Positions 29,332 to 55,098 of a stretch of 64,000 bases of DNA are shown here, in pieces. Both the position numbers and the translations under genes were made by a program. How positions within the stretch are numbered: position 1 is the first letter of the stretch; each line of letters starts with the position of its first letter. Source of the DNA: the human T2T-CHM13v2.0 reference genome, Homo sapiens. The notes beneath the pieces are model-generated. The model saw nothing but the letters and a program-made list of their open reading frames with translations. It did not search any database and was not told the DNA's origin. The stretch lies in assembly GCF_009914755.1 (NCBI RefSeq), contig NC_060929.1, one strand, 5' to 3'.

Positions 29332-30019
29332 GTGAGGGCGGTATTTAGGAAGTGGAGTAAGAGGTGGGCAGCAAGGTAAGGCAAAGGGGAACATGGCAGA
29401 GTTACTTGGGCAGCTTAAATTCTAAGCTGGTGTCCCACAAGCATTGCAGTGGCAGAATGAGTGAGTTCTGGGCTCTGAGATGGGTGAGTCAGATCTTCCC
29501 CTCTCTCCCCTCAGCCATGGGGACTGGGAGGGGCCTCAAGAGGATTATCATCCATGCAAAGGTAGAGGCAGCCAGGGCTGAAGTGGAGGGTCAGGTGCCA
29601 CCTAATAATCCTCACTCAATGTAGAAGTTACAAAGGAATCCATCATAAAAGCAATTTTGGAACTGTTGGAAGCACAGTCTAAGTATCTAAAGTATATGAA
29701 ATCAACTTGATAAATTGTGAAATGTAAGTCTTTATGGCAGTGTAAACATTGCTAATTTTCCGTCAAAATAAAAATAAGGAGCAACTATGAACTTGAATTG
29801 ATGGAGAGGTCTGGGACTCTCACCTTGAAGTGCTCTGCCCCTTCCTCTCCACCAATTTTTCACATCAAGCTAAGGGCTCATCCCTCTGGGTGACCTACTG
29901 GGGTATTCCTCTAGTTTTCTCTTGCTGCCGGGGTCTGTACTGGTATTCAGCCAGGATCTCCAGTCTGGATACCCCAGGGACTCTCCCAGACCTCAGCTAA
30001 CTCCTCCCTCTCCCCACAG

Positions 30020-30092
30020 GGAACAGAGGCTGACAGGCCTGGTGGTGTTCATCCTTACAGGAGCCTCCATCTTCCTGGCACCTGTGCTCAAG
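30020..30092 (+). CDS. SLC4A9: SLC4A9 exon 17
   Basis: ccacag| gives REQRLTGLVVFILTGASIFLAPVLK, ending |gtacct. It is 73 nt. Confidence 0.95.
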
Positions 30093-30427
30093 GTACCTTT
30101 GTTATACAAGCCAGGATCAGGGTCAGTGTAGTAATAATAGGAGCACAGCAAGAACTGACAGTAGTTGAATACTTACAGTGTGCCAGGTGCTCTGTTAAGT
30201 TTTCTCCATACATGGTCTCATTTAATCCTCACATTAACCCTGAAAGGAGTATGTACCTTACAAATGAGGCAGATGAAGTTTAAAGAGGCAAAGAAACTTG
30301 CAAGAGCCCATCAAAAGAGCCAGTTTTTCAGATCTGTCTGAGAACTCAAACGCTTATCCAATGGGCTTTTTACCCAGTGGAGCAAGGTGTGGGTGTGCCA
30401 CCACCATCCCCTAGGGTCTAAGTGCTA

Positions 30428-32280
<1,853 letters not shown>

Positions 32281-32528
32281 GGACAAAGTTACTTAGTCCC
32301 TCTGAAATTCAATTTCCCAATCTGTAAAATGAAGGCAATAATAACATTTACTTCATCTAATTGATTTGAGGATTCAATAAGATCGGCATGAAACATGTGA
32401 AAGGAAAGGCAAGGCCTGGGCAGACCTGGATGCTAGATGCTAGAGGGATCTAGGGCATCTGGGCATCCTGGGGCATCTGGGAGGTTGGCAGAGGTAAACT
32501 TTGATAACTCTCTGCTTCTTTCTACCAG

Positions 32529-32597
32529 TTCATTCCAATGCCTGTGCTCTATGGCATCTTCCTGTATATGGGGGTGGCAGCGCTCAGCAGCATTCAG
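32529..32597 (+). CDS. SLC4A9: SLC4A9 exon 18
   Basis: taccag| gives FIPMPVLYGIFLYMGVAALSSIQ, ending |gtgagc. It is 69 nt. Confidence 0.96.
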
Positions 32598-32884
32598 GTG
32601 AGCCCATTAAAATCACCTAACAAAAGAAAAAAGAAGAATAAAAAGACAAACAAAAAAGAACAAAATTACCTAGCAACCCTACTCCTTTTTTCTTTTCTGC
32701 TGGCATCTCCTGCTTACACTTGCCAATTTCCCTCTTACTCTCTTTTTCCTGTCTCTCCTGGACTCAGGGACTCGGCTGCCATGCTCTCTGCCTGCTCCCA
32801 GTGCTGGGCTATGATAGCTATCAGTGACACCCTCCTATCAGGCTACCTGAGTGCCCTGCTTTCCTCTTCCTCTTGTTCCCCTAG

Positions 32885-33058
32885 TTCACTAATAGGGTGA
32901 AGCTGTTGTTGATGCCAGCAAAACACCAGCCAGACCTGCTACTCTTGCGGCATGTGCCTCTGACCAGGGTCCACCTCTTCACAGCCATCCAGCTTGCCTG
33001 TCTGGGGCTGCTTTGGATAATCAAGTCTACCCCTGCAGCCATCATCTTCCCCCTCATG
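32885..33058 (+). CDS. SLC4A9: SLC4A9 exon 19
   Basis: ccctag| gives [58 protein letters not shown], ending |gtaagc. It is 174 nt. Confidence 0.96.
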
Positions 33059-33675
33059 GTAAGCTGAGGCAGGGTTGGGCTGTGTCCTGGAGGGTCTTGG
33101 GAGACTCTGAGCCTGGAAGGGTGGCCAAGGCCTCCACGAGAGGAAGAATCTCCCCTCTCACTCGCTGTGGCTCTCCCTGGTTGGGAATCCTAAGACAAAG
33201 AAAAAGATGGCAGGATGATACCTATGTATGGGCTAGTCCTGGGATACCTGATTCACCTCTTTTCCCAACCTCTTTGGAGTGATCAGCCACAGGTAAGAAT
33301 ATAAAACCCAGAAGAAATCTGAGGTCTTGGTAGAGGAAATGGTGACACTTTTATTACTCAGTGAGGTGATAACATAGGTGGCTTCTGGCCTTGTTCTTAT
33401 TGAGGAAGTTAAGAGTCACAGGCTTTGCAGTAGAATCAATCTGCTTATATATCCCAGATGTGTGACCTCTGGGAAGTAACTAATCACTTGGGGTCTCAGT
33501 TTCCTTCCCTGTACAATGGGAATAATTTATTCTATCTACCTCATAGGAATGTGCTAGCATTCAGTGAAACTGATATACAATGCCTAGCACATAGGAAGTG
33601 CTCAATAAGTGTTACTATTGTTAATGTTCCTACTACTGTTGCTGACAGGCCTGGGCCATGTTTCTATTCCTGCAG

Positions 33676-33831
33676 TTGCTGGGCCTTGTGGGGGTCCGAA
33701 AGGCCCTGGAGAGGGTCTTCTCACCACAGGAACTCCTCTGGCTGGATGAGCTGATGCCAGAGGAGGAGAGAAGCATCCCTGAGAAGGGGCTGGAGCCAGA
33801 ACACTCATTCAGTGGAAGTGACAGTGAAGAT
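33676..33831 (+). CDS. SLC4A9: SLC4A9 exon 20
   Basis: ctgcag| gives LLGLVGVRKALERVFSPQELLWLDELMPEEERSIPEKGLEPEHSFSGSDSED, ending |gtgagc. It is 156 nt. Confidence 0.95.
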
Positions 33832-34178
33832 GTGAGCTCCAGGCTGGGTCCTCTCAGGAGAATGTGTCAGGGTTTGGGAGAGCGTTCTTGTCCAGGAGCT
33901 GTCCCTAAATAATATCTCCAGTAAGCCCGCAGATCTGATCAACAGTCACTTCCCTTATCTGTGTATGGACATAGGCAGACTGAAGGGGTGAAGGAAATCT
34001 TTCTTCATAGGACAGGGGCCCTCGATGTGGGTGGAAAGGGCTGAGGCTTCAGCTCAAGTGGGCTGTCTTTCTCAACTCTGATCTTTGTTTTGTCTCACTG
34101 TGGGTTTACCTCTATGTTGTCTTTCACTATCTGTCTTTCTATCTATTCTCAATCCATCTTGGGATCTGTCTTCCACAG

Positions 34179-34232
34179 TCAGAGCTGATGTATCAGCCAA
34201 AGGCTCCAGAAATCAACATTTCTGTGAATTAG
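34179..34232 (+). CDS. SLC4A9: SLC4A9 exon 21, last coding part with stop
   Basis: ccacag| gives SELMYQPKAPEINISVN then TAG (34230-34232). The summed exons give 2880 nt = 959 aa + stop. The exon continues as UTR to a donor after 34277. Confidence 0.92.
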   Translation, partial: SELMYQPKAPEINISVN

Positions 34233-34714
34233 CTGGAGTAGGAGTCTGGGAGTGGAGACCCCAGGAAACAGCATGAGGTGAGGGTGTGAGGGAAGTGCTC
34301 CTGATGTTGAGGATGGGAGGTGCGGGTTCAGACCTTGGAACTCTCCAGTGTGTTGGCCAGCCCTGTTTTCTCCTTACTCCAGTCCCTTAGGAATCCTAGA
34401 TTGGGGGTGCTGGGGTGTAGAAGGGTCTCTTCCTAGCGAAGAGTAACTGGCAAGGGTGCCTGGGCTTGGCTCCCTGTGGTTCTGAAGTTTGGTCAGTAGA
34501 GGGAGCTCAAACTCACACCAAATGAGAAGTGGAAATGGGTGTTGTGGGGGGCGGTGCCCTGGCAAAAGAATGGGAAAGAGTGGGAAGGAAGAGGAAGGGA
34601 GGAGAAAGCCTGGTGCTCCTTTCCCTTGCTTGGAAGGCTCCCCCCTTAGGCTGCTGAGAACCACACTCCAGACTTGTGGAGGAAATCTCTATCACTTGTC
34701 CTCTCTGCCATTCC

Positions 34715-36008
<1,294 letters not shown>

Positions 36009-36209
36009 GCACCTAAGGGCCTCTGACACTTGCAATGGGAAATTTGGGGGACTGGAGACTGGAGAGAGAAAGGGGAATTCACTGGCTGGCCCCGAACAAG
36101 ATCTTCTGGGCGCTCCTTATCTCTTATCACTCTTTTTGCTCTGTTCTTTGCAGTAGTATGTCCCCTGAGCACTTGCTTTGGCCTCACCATGTCTTCTATT
36201 AGTTCACAG

Positions 36210-36575
36210 GTGCTTACTCAGGAAGTCAGGACATTTTTGGCCTTTGGCTTAACTTCCAGATGCTCAGTCGGCTTGGGGAAGGACTGAAGGGCAGCTGCCA
36301 AGACCTCAGTTACCTCCTGACCTGAGGGTGGAGAGTGGCAGGAAGCAAGCATGTTTGCTGTGCACTTAGGAAAGGCTGGTGAGCCAGAGGGACTGATCAG
36401 GCCCCATTCACTCTCTACTCATTAAAAGGTCCTGAGCCACGAAGCGCTTCCCATTTTGAACTTTCTGTCCTCACAGATTCTGTTTGACAGAATCTAAGGG
36501 CCATCAGGGAACTCTTTTCATCTTGCAAAGAGAAAAAGCCAGTCTTTCCAGAATAAATATTCATCTGTTTGAAAT
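36210..36575 (+). other. SLC4A9: SLC4A9 non-coding terminal exon (3' UTR)
   Basis: Acceptor ttcacag|G at 36210 opens unique sequence between Alus, which contains ATTAAA and AATAAA. Confidence 0.72.
36552..36557 (+). terminator. SLC4A9: SLC4A9 polyadenylation signal AATAAA (upstream variant ATTAAA at 36421-36426)
   Basis: AATAAA followed by a U-rich tract (tagttttttac). Confidence 0.72.
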
Positions 36576-36697
36576 AGTTTTTTACACATATAAAAATAAT
36601 TTTTGGCTGGGTGTGGTGGCACATGCCTGTAGTCCTAGCACTTTGGGAGGCTGAGGTGGGTCCAGAGTAGCCTGAACAACAGAGTGAAACCTTGTTT

Positions 36698-36742
<45 letters not shown>

Positions 36743-37022
36743 AAAAACCAAAAAAAAATTAGCTAGGTGTGGTGGTGCATGCCTGTGGTCCCAGCTACTC
36801 AGGAAGCTGAGGCAGGAGGATCGATTGCTTGAGCCTGGAGGATCACTTGAGTCTGAGAGGTCGAGGCTACAGTGAGCCATGATCATGCCACTGCACTCCA
36901 GACACAGGAACAGAGCGAGAACCTGTCTCAAATTTTTTTTTAAAAAAAGAAGCAAAAAAAGCCGGGTGTAGTGGCTCACGCCTGTAATCCCAGCACTTTG
37001 GGAGGCCGAGGTGGTTGGATCA

Positions 37023-37313
<291 letters not shown>

Positions 37314-37604
37314 TCACGCCTGTAATCCTAGCACTGTGGGAGGCCGAGGTGGGTGGATCACTTGAGGTCAGGAGTTTGAGACCAGTCTGGCCAACATGGC
37401 AAAACCTCGTCTCTACTAAAAATGTAAAAATTAGCCTGGCATGGTGGCATGTGCCTGTAATCCCAGCTACTTGGGAGGCTGAGGCAGGAGAATCGCTTGA
37501 ACCAGAAGACAGAGGCTGCAGTGAGCCAAGATCACACCACTGCACTCTAGCCTGGGCAACAGAGCAAGACTGTGTCTCAAAAACAAACAAGCAAACGAAC
37601 AAAA

Positions 37605-40960
<3,356 letters not shown>

Positions 40961-41045
40961 TTGCTTGGGATATAAGAAAAAGGGAGGTCAAAGATGACTC
41001 CCGTGTTTTGGGTCTCAGCAACAGGAAGAATGGAATTGCCATTGA

Positions 41046-41318
<273 letters not shown>

Positions 41319-42621
41319 TGATCCACCCGCCTCGGCCTCCCGAAGTGCTGGGATTACAGGCGTGAGCCACCGTGCCCGGCCCATTTATTTATTTTTATTT
41401 ATTTATTTAGCAGAGACAGGTTTCACCATGTTGGCCAGGCTGGTCTCGAACTCCTGACCTCAAAGCAATCCACTCGCCTCAGCCTCCCAAAGTGTTGGGA
41501 TTACAGGCGTGAGCTACTATGCCTGGCCGTATGATGCATTTTAGACAATCAAGTAAAGATGTCAAATGGGCAGCTGGACATGCAAATCTGAAGTACAGAA
41601 GGAAATCTGAGTCAGAGATAAAATTTATAATTTTATTAGAGTACAAATTATATTGAAAACACAGACTATATACGATTGCCAAGGAAGTACAATCAGAGAA
41701 CAGATCCAAGGACCAAGTCTTAGAACTCTTCACTGTTAAAAGGTTAAGAGATAGAGGAGCAACCAGGAAAGGAGAAGACTGAGGAGTGGCCAGTGATATG
41801 GAATCAAAACTGGGAGTTAAGAAAATGTTTCAGGGAGAATTGATTTTGGTTAATTTGTCTTGGGGTCATTCTAACTCTTTACTTTTGTGTTATCTCATTA
41901 TGAATTTTAAAGTTAAAAATTATATTTAACCTATCATTTTAGTTGTTTTTTGGGGAAGATTGTTCAGAAATTATAATCCATACAATGTCAGAAATGGAAA
42001 TTGTACCAACCCTTTTTTCAATATTATAAAGAAAAACCCTGGCTGGACGCAGTGCCTCATGCCTTATAATCCCAGGATTTTGGGTAGCTGAGTGGGGAGG
42101 ATCGCTTGCGGCCTCAGGAGTTCAAGGCCAGCCTGGGCAACATAGTGAGACCCTGTCTCTACAAAAAAAAAAAACATAAAAAATTAGCTGGACATGGTGG
42201 CACATCCTGTCGTCCCAGCTACTCAGGGTGGGGGTGGGGATGGGGCAAGGGGTGCTCTAAGGTGGGAGGATCACTTGAGCACAGGAGTTTGAAGCTATAG
42301 TGAGCTGTGATTGCGCCACTGCACTCCAGCCTGAGTGACACAGAGAGATCCTGTCTCAAAATAAAGTCTAAATTTAAACTATACTTAAAAAAAAAGTACT
42401 GGAGTTTCACTCTTGTTGCCCAGGCTAGAGTGCAGTGGCATGATCTCGGCTTACTGCAGCCTCCACCTCTGGGGGTTCAAGTGACTAACCTGCCTCAGCC
42501 TCCCGAGTAGCTGGGACTGTAGGCACCTGTCACCATGCCCATCTAATTTGTTTGTAGTTTTAGTAGAGACGGGGTTTCTCCATGTTAGCCAGGCTGGTCT
42601 CCAACTCCTGACCTCAGGTGA

Positions 42622-42771
<150 letters not shown>

Positions 42772-43093
42772 TAAAGTGCTGGGATTACGGCATGAGCTAC
42801 TGCACCCAGCCAAGTGATACTCTGGGCACGTATTTCTCTCAATCGATAGCTACTTAGACTATCATATCAGGGTTTTTCTTTTTATTTATTTAATTTATTT
42901 TTGAGACAGGGTCTTGCTCTGTTGCCCAGACTGGAGTGCAGTGGTGCAAGCATAGCTCACTGCAGTCTTGATCTCACAGGCTCTAGCAATCCTCTTGCCT
43001 CTGCCTGCCTAGGCTGAGGGGCTACAGGACTACAGGGACCGAGGGGCTACAGTGCAGCTGGGACTACAGGTGCACACCACCACACCTGGTTAA

Positions 43094-43240
<147 letters not shown>

Positions 43241-44095
43241 TAAAAATAAATGTATATTTTACTCATTTCAACAGCATCTACATATTGTTGAAAACATCTT
43301 CATTTAGACTTGCTTATTTAAGCATTCAACAAACACTTATTGAACATCAACAATGTACTGTCAGATAGGTTTCTGATTTCATGGAGTTTACCTTGTAGTG
43401 AAGGAGGGGCAAAGAAAAGGTAAGATAATCTCAGATAATGACAAGTACTCTGAAGAAATTAAAATAGGATATGATAGAAAACATTACTTAAGATGGGTGT
43501 TCAGGGAAGACCTCTCTGAGGGGATTGCCTTTAAGCTGAGACTTGAGTGACAAGGAGTAAGTGAAAGTATCATCTGCCTACAGTCAAGGAGTGACACATA
43601 TACACATAAATTTAAGTCCCCAGATTAAGAACCACTGTCAGCCAGGAGCAGTGACTCATGCCTGTAGTCTCAGCACTTTGGGAGGCTAAGGTGGGAGGAT
43701 TGCTTGAACCCAAGAGTTTGAGACCAGCCTGCATAAGAGGGTGAGACTCCATCTCTACAAAAATAATAAAAAAATAAGCTAGGCATGGTGATGCGTACCT
43801 GTAGTCCCCTTAGCTTGTTCAGTTCAGGTCACGTGAGCCAAGATATTCCTTTCTTGGCTCTAAACCATAGGTTTGAGTTTTTGTCAGTAAAATAGGGCCA
43901 AGAGCCTGGATTTTCAGTCTAGGGTGCTGGAAAGGTTAATTGATGCCTGTAACATTCTTTAAGATCTTTAGATGAAAGACTCGGGGCTGTATACAGAATT
44001 ACCAAGGGCTTGGAAGCTCTTCCCTTCCAAGCCCCAGGGAAAATCCCTTCATATCAGTAACCTAGGCCTTTCCTCTCCAGTCTGTAGCTGTGGGA

Positions 44096-44180
44096 CAATG
44101 GTTCTCAAACTTTTGCAGGCATTAGAATCAAAGGTTGTGATGTGAATTCCCAGGCTCTCTGCCTGAGATTCTGATTCTCC
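44096..44180. mobile_element. MER5A-like hAT fragment
   Basis: caatggttctcaaacttt...cattagaatca...gagattctgattc. Confidence 0.6.
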
Positions 44181-45204
44181 CTGAGGTTCTGAATTCTTAC
44201 CTTCTTAGTTCTGTATTCTTCTGTACCCTTGTCTGGTGTCTCATGCTTCCCAATACTCTACATTTTTGTCTCTGCAAATGGATCTGAGGGTGTACTTGTC
44301 CATATAAACTATTGTCAGAGACATCTTTGGCTTTTTTTTTTCCCTGAAGGCAATCCAGAGCAGAGATTGGGGAAGGCAGGAATGTGTCTGTATCTACTTC
44401 TCAAATGTACATTGACATTCATTAGGAGGAGAGTTTGGGATAATTATTTGAATGAAAGGAGGGAGGAATTGCTGACTGGCACAAAATGAGAGAAGGTGAG
44501 TACAAGGAAAGCAACCCTGGTTTGAGGGCCAAGTTCATTGCCTCTTTCCTCTTTTCCTGGTGCTGAATCCTACTAAAGGGCTGTCCAGGGATTGGTCTTT
44601 CATTCATTCATCCATTCAACAAATGCATATTAAATATATTATATGCCAGGCAGTAGGAATTCAGTGTTAACTAAGACAGGATCTCTCCTCTCCTGTATTT
44701 TTCTGTCTCCCCTACTAGAATGGAGACATTCTAGTAGAAAAACACATATAAGCTGGGTGCCGTGGTACATGCCTGTAGTCCCAGCTATGAGGGAGGGTGA
44801 GATGGAAGGATTGCTCAAGCGCAGGAATTTGAGGCTGCAGTGAGCCATGATTAGATTGTTGTACTGTCCTCCAGCCTGGGCAACAGAGTGAGACTCTGTC
44901 TCAAGAAAAAAAAAAAAAAAAAGTCAGCCTTGATAAAAGGAAGGAGGAAGTGGAGGGTGGAGGGAAACATTCTTGGCAAAGGAAACATGAGTTCAAAGGC
45001 CATCAGGCAGGAAAAACTTTGAAATGCTTGAGAAACTGAAAGAAGGACTATCTTGCTGGAGTGGAGGAGTGAGAGAGAGAATATTGCAGGATGAGGTTGG
45101 AGAGGGTGAGGATTAGGGTTTATAGGTCACCATAATTAATGCCTTGGAAGAAGTAGTGTGGGCAAGGGAGCCTTGCCACTTGGGGTAAGAATAGTAGTGG
45201 CCAA

Positions 45205-46793
<1,589 letters not shown>

Positions 46794-47273
46794 AGGTGGG
46801 GTGCAGTAGCTCATGTCTGTGATCCCAGCACTTTGGGAGGCCAAGGTAGGAGGATTGCTTGAGTCCAGGAGTTTCAGGTTGCAGTGAGTTATGGTTGCAC
46901 CACTGCACTCCATCCTGGGCAACAGAGCAAGACTCTGTCTCTAAAAAAAAATAGATAAAAAAAATAAAGCTGTTAAAAAATAAAAAGAATGGTAAGGGCC
47001 AGAACCTAACAGCAAGGTCAAAATGGGGAGGTTGAAAACCTCTAGGGCCTCCAAGACCAAAGGAATTACCACTTCTGGACAAGAACTGGGGAATTTTTCA
47101 GTACCAATTCCAGGAACCTACTAGCTAAGTGAACCCAAGGGAAGAATCATGGCCTTGGGGGGTTTCTCCAGGTTGTTTTCAGAGACATGTTTGTTCACCT
47201 TCCATTAATATATCCACTTACAAAGGGGATTATAATGTGCAGTGATGCAAACTAGACCATGTTCCTTCACTAG

Positions 47274-47519
<246 letters not shown>

Positions 47520-47663
47520 TAATCTGCCCACCTCAGCCTCCCAAAGTGCTGGGATTACAGGTGTGAGCCACTGTGCCCGGCTTCCTCTGCCATTTTCTTT
47601 CTTTCTTTTTCTTTTTTTTTGAGACGGGTTTCCACTCTTGTTGCCCAGGCTGGAGGGCAATGA

Positions 47664-47807
<144 letters not shown>

Positions 47808-47929
47808 TGACCAGGCTGGTCTCGAACTCCTGACCTCAGGTGAATCTGCCTGCCTCGGCTTCCCAAAGTGCTGGGATTACAAGCATGAGCCACCACAGCT
47901 GACCAAAAAAATTTTTTTCAAAACAAAAA

Positions 47930-50889
<2,960 letters not shown>

Positions 50890-51180
50890 CTAACTTTTTT
50901 AAATTTTATTTTTCTTCTTAATTTGTTGGATAAACACACTAATAATAACAATAAAGATTTTCAAAAACAAAAAAAATCTACTAACTCTCTAAAGTTTGGT
51001 TTTAAGGTAATAACTGGGGTGGTTTTGGAAAATAGTTTTGTTACCAAGGTGTTACATACTCATTGTAAACAAATTCAAACAATATATGCACAAATAAAAT
51101 GATATACTTCTAGTAAAAAACTGAAATAATTTCACTTTTTCCCTCACTTGGCAGTGTACCATGCACAATCAGCCTTCTGA

Positions 51181-51464
<284 letters not shown>

Positions 51465-51894
51465 TGAGCCACTGTGCCTGGCCTCTTCATTCTTTTTAAC
51501 AAGTATATTGTAGGTCATGTTATAACTGTACCGCAGCTTACTTAGCCACTTATTGATAGACAAGTAAGGTTTGTCTGTTTTGAGACAGAGTCTCACTCTT
51601 TTGTCCAAGCTGGAGTGCAGTGGCATGATCTTGCACACTGCAACCTCCGTTTCCCAGCTTCAAGTGATTCTCGTGCCTCAGTCTCCTGAGAAGCTGGGAC
51701 TACAGGTGTGCACCAACCCCCTGGCTAATGTTTTTTCTTTTTTTTTGAGACAGAGTCTCGCTCTGTCACCGAGGTTGGAGTGCAGCGGTGTGATCTCAGC
51801 TCACTGCAACCTTTGCTCCAAGGTTCAAGCGATTCTCCTGCCTCAGCCTCCCGAGTAGCTGGGATTACAGGCATCTGCCACCATGCCTGGCTAA

Positions 51895-52044
<150 letters not shown>

Positions 52045-52296
52045 TAAGTAGAGATAGGGTTTCACCATGTGGCCAGGCTGGTCTTGAACTCCTGACCTCA
52101 AATGATCCGTCTGCCTCAGTCTCCCAAAGTGCTGGGATTATAGGAGTGAGCCACCGTGCCTAGCCCTGACAAGTAAGGTTTTAATTAATGTCCCTGTACA
52201 CATTTTTTTTTTTTTTTTTTAGTTAATGTGTGAGGGTTTCTGTGCCACTTTTCCTCCAGAGTTGGAAATGGATTTGCTAAATCAAAGGGTAGTTGC

Positions 52297-52328
<32 letters not shown>

Positions 52329-52390
52329 GACCGGGCACATGGCTCACGCCTGTAAACCCAGCACTTTGGGAGGCTGAGGTGGGTGGATCA

Positions 52391-52603
<213 letters not shown>

Positions 52604-53626
52604 TCAAAAAAATAAAATGAAGGCACCTCCAAACTTATTTCCCTAAAGATTGTATCAATTACACTACTGCTAATGGTATACAGAGAGTGCAACAGGGAAC
52701 TTGTGAGAGTAATTGTTGGGCATGAGGATTACCAGGCTCTGAATAGTGGTCAACCAGTGCTTTGAAGGGTTTTTAAATATTTCTGAGCCCTTCAGTCACT
52801 CTCCAGGAATTCTAATATTCATTTGAAATCCCTGGTATACAGAAAAGTATTGCTGTTTTCTTTGGACTCTCTAGTATGGCTCAATCTTGATTTAAAATGT
52901 TGCCAGCTTATGGGTGGAGCCATTGGGACAGTTTAGGGCTTTAACCAAACTCCAGAGGCCACAACAGGCCTGCCCATATGTCCTGCATAACTCTGAATGG
53001 TGATGCAATTCTTTTCAACTGACGAACCTTTTGCATTGACTAAATCTCTGCTGGAGAAGTCCAACTTTGGCTGTTTTTCTTTTCTTTTTTTTTCCCTTGA
53101 CATCAGAGGTGTAAATGCCAGGGTCTAAGAAGGGCTTCTAGGTGAAAAGCTTCAGAGTAGAGTCCTGACCACTATATTTCTTAATAGCTTCTGTGAGCTT
53201 ATATCAGACTCATGTCTGGCCTAGACTTTCTACAAGTGTCCTTTCGGGGCCATAGCCACTTCCTTGGGAAAGAACACTTGGTAGGTGGCACTGTTACCTG
53301 CCCTGCAGGTGAATGCCATGCTGTGTCTCCTGATTTATGGGACTGTCTTGATGAAAAAGGGGTGTGGCAAACTGAGTTGAGTTCAAACACTCCACAAGAG
53401 TCTCCAAGATCAGCCTTCAGAGTGACTCAGTCCTCACTTATAAGCCCAAATTGCTCTTTGAGTTGGAGTCCTTGGTCTGCTCCTTTCTCATTGTGGTAAG
53501 CAATTATGTACTTCAGGTTCTCACAGGAAATATCAGAGGGTAATGGATGGGTCATGTAAAATCACTTCAGAGATTTTATTGGGAGATACTGATCCTAATG
53601 CTCACTCCTTGTTACTCCTCTATTTA

Positions 53627-53959
<333 letters not shown>

Positions 53960-54338
53960 CTAAAACACCCCTCAAGGGTTCTTCTGACTCAAAAGTGCTG
54001 ATTCACTAAATGCCAGGCCACCATAACCTGTAAAATAAGAGGATTCTTGCTGCTGCGGTTGCTATCTAGCTGTTCTCTCATCAGAAAAAGTGCTCAGACC
54101 ATAAGATTCAAAATTTTCACCAATTCTGGGATGTTCTAAAGTCTGTGGCAGAAGGACATGGTACCAGCCAAGGAGAGCTTCTACAAAAGGTGGGTGTGGC
54201 TGCCTAAGTTGCAGTGGTAAGAGGACATGTGAAAAAGGATGTTTGGGGTCACTAGCTTCAGGTTTACCAAGTGTGGGATAGAAGAAGCAGAGGGTTCACT
54301 GTAATGCACAAGGTAGAGTTCTGGATTTCTCCCAGTAA

Positions 54339-54578
<240 letters not shown>

Positions 54579-54957
54579 TGAATAGCTGGGACTATGGGCA
54601 CCTGCCATCACGCCCGGCTAATTTTTGTATTTTTAGTAGAGACGGGGTTTCTCCATGTTGGCCAGGCTGGTCTTGAACTCCTGACCTTGTGATCCGCCTG
54701 TCTCAGCCTCCCAAAGTGTTGGGATTATGGGTGTAAGCCACTGTGCTGGACGGCTTTTCCTTTTAATTAGTACTGAAGTGAGAAAGCTCATAGAATTACT
54801 GCTGGGACTCATATTTTCAGTACAATCCTTCCAATGGAAGCAATACACAAAAATATTCACCAAGGACTCACCTGGGGGAAGAGTGGATTAATCTTCATTG
54901 TCAACCAATATGACCTTTCTGCAGAGAGATGTTTAACTTTTGCAAAAAGCAAAGCTA

Positions 54958-55098
<141 letters not shown>

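Noticed and set aside
32451-32481. Short GGGCATCT triple repeat before SLC4A9 exon 18
   Set aside because: It is too short and degenerate to assign any meaning.
32617-32669. Minus-strand GT...AG pair (TAG|gtaatt to ttgttag) as a tiny intron
   Set aside because: At 53 nt it is below the usual minimum human intron size, so only the acceptor was kept as a candidate.
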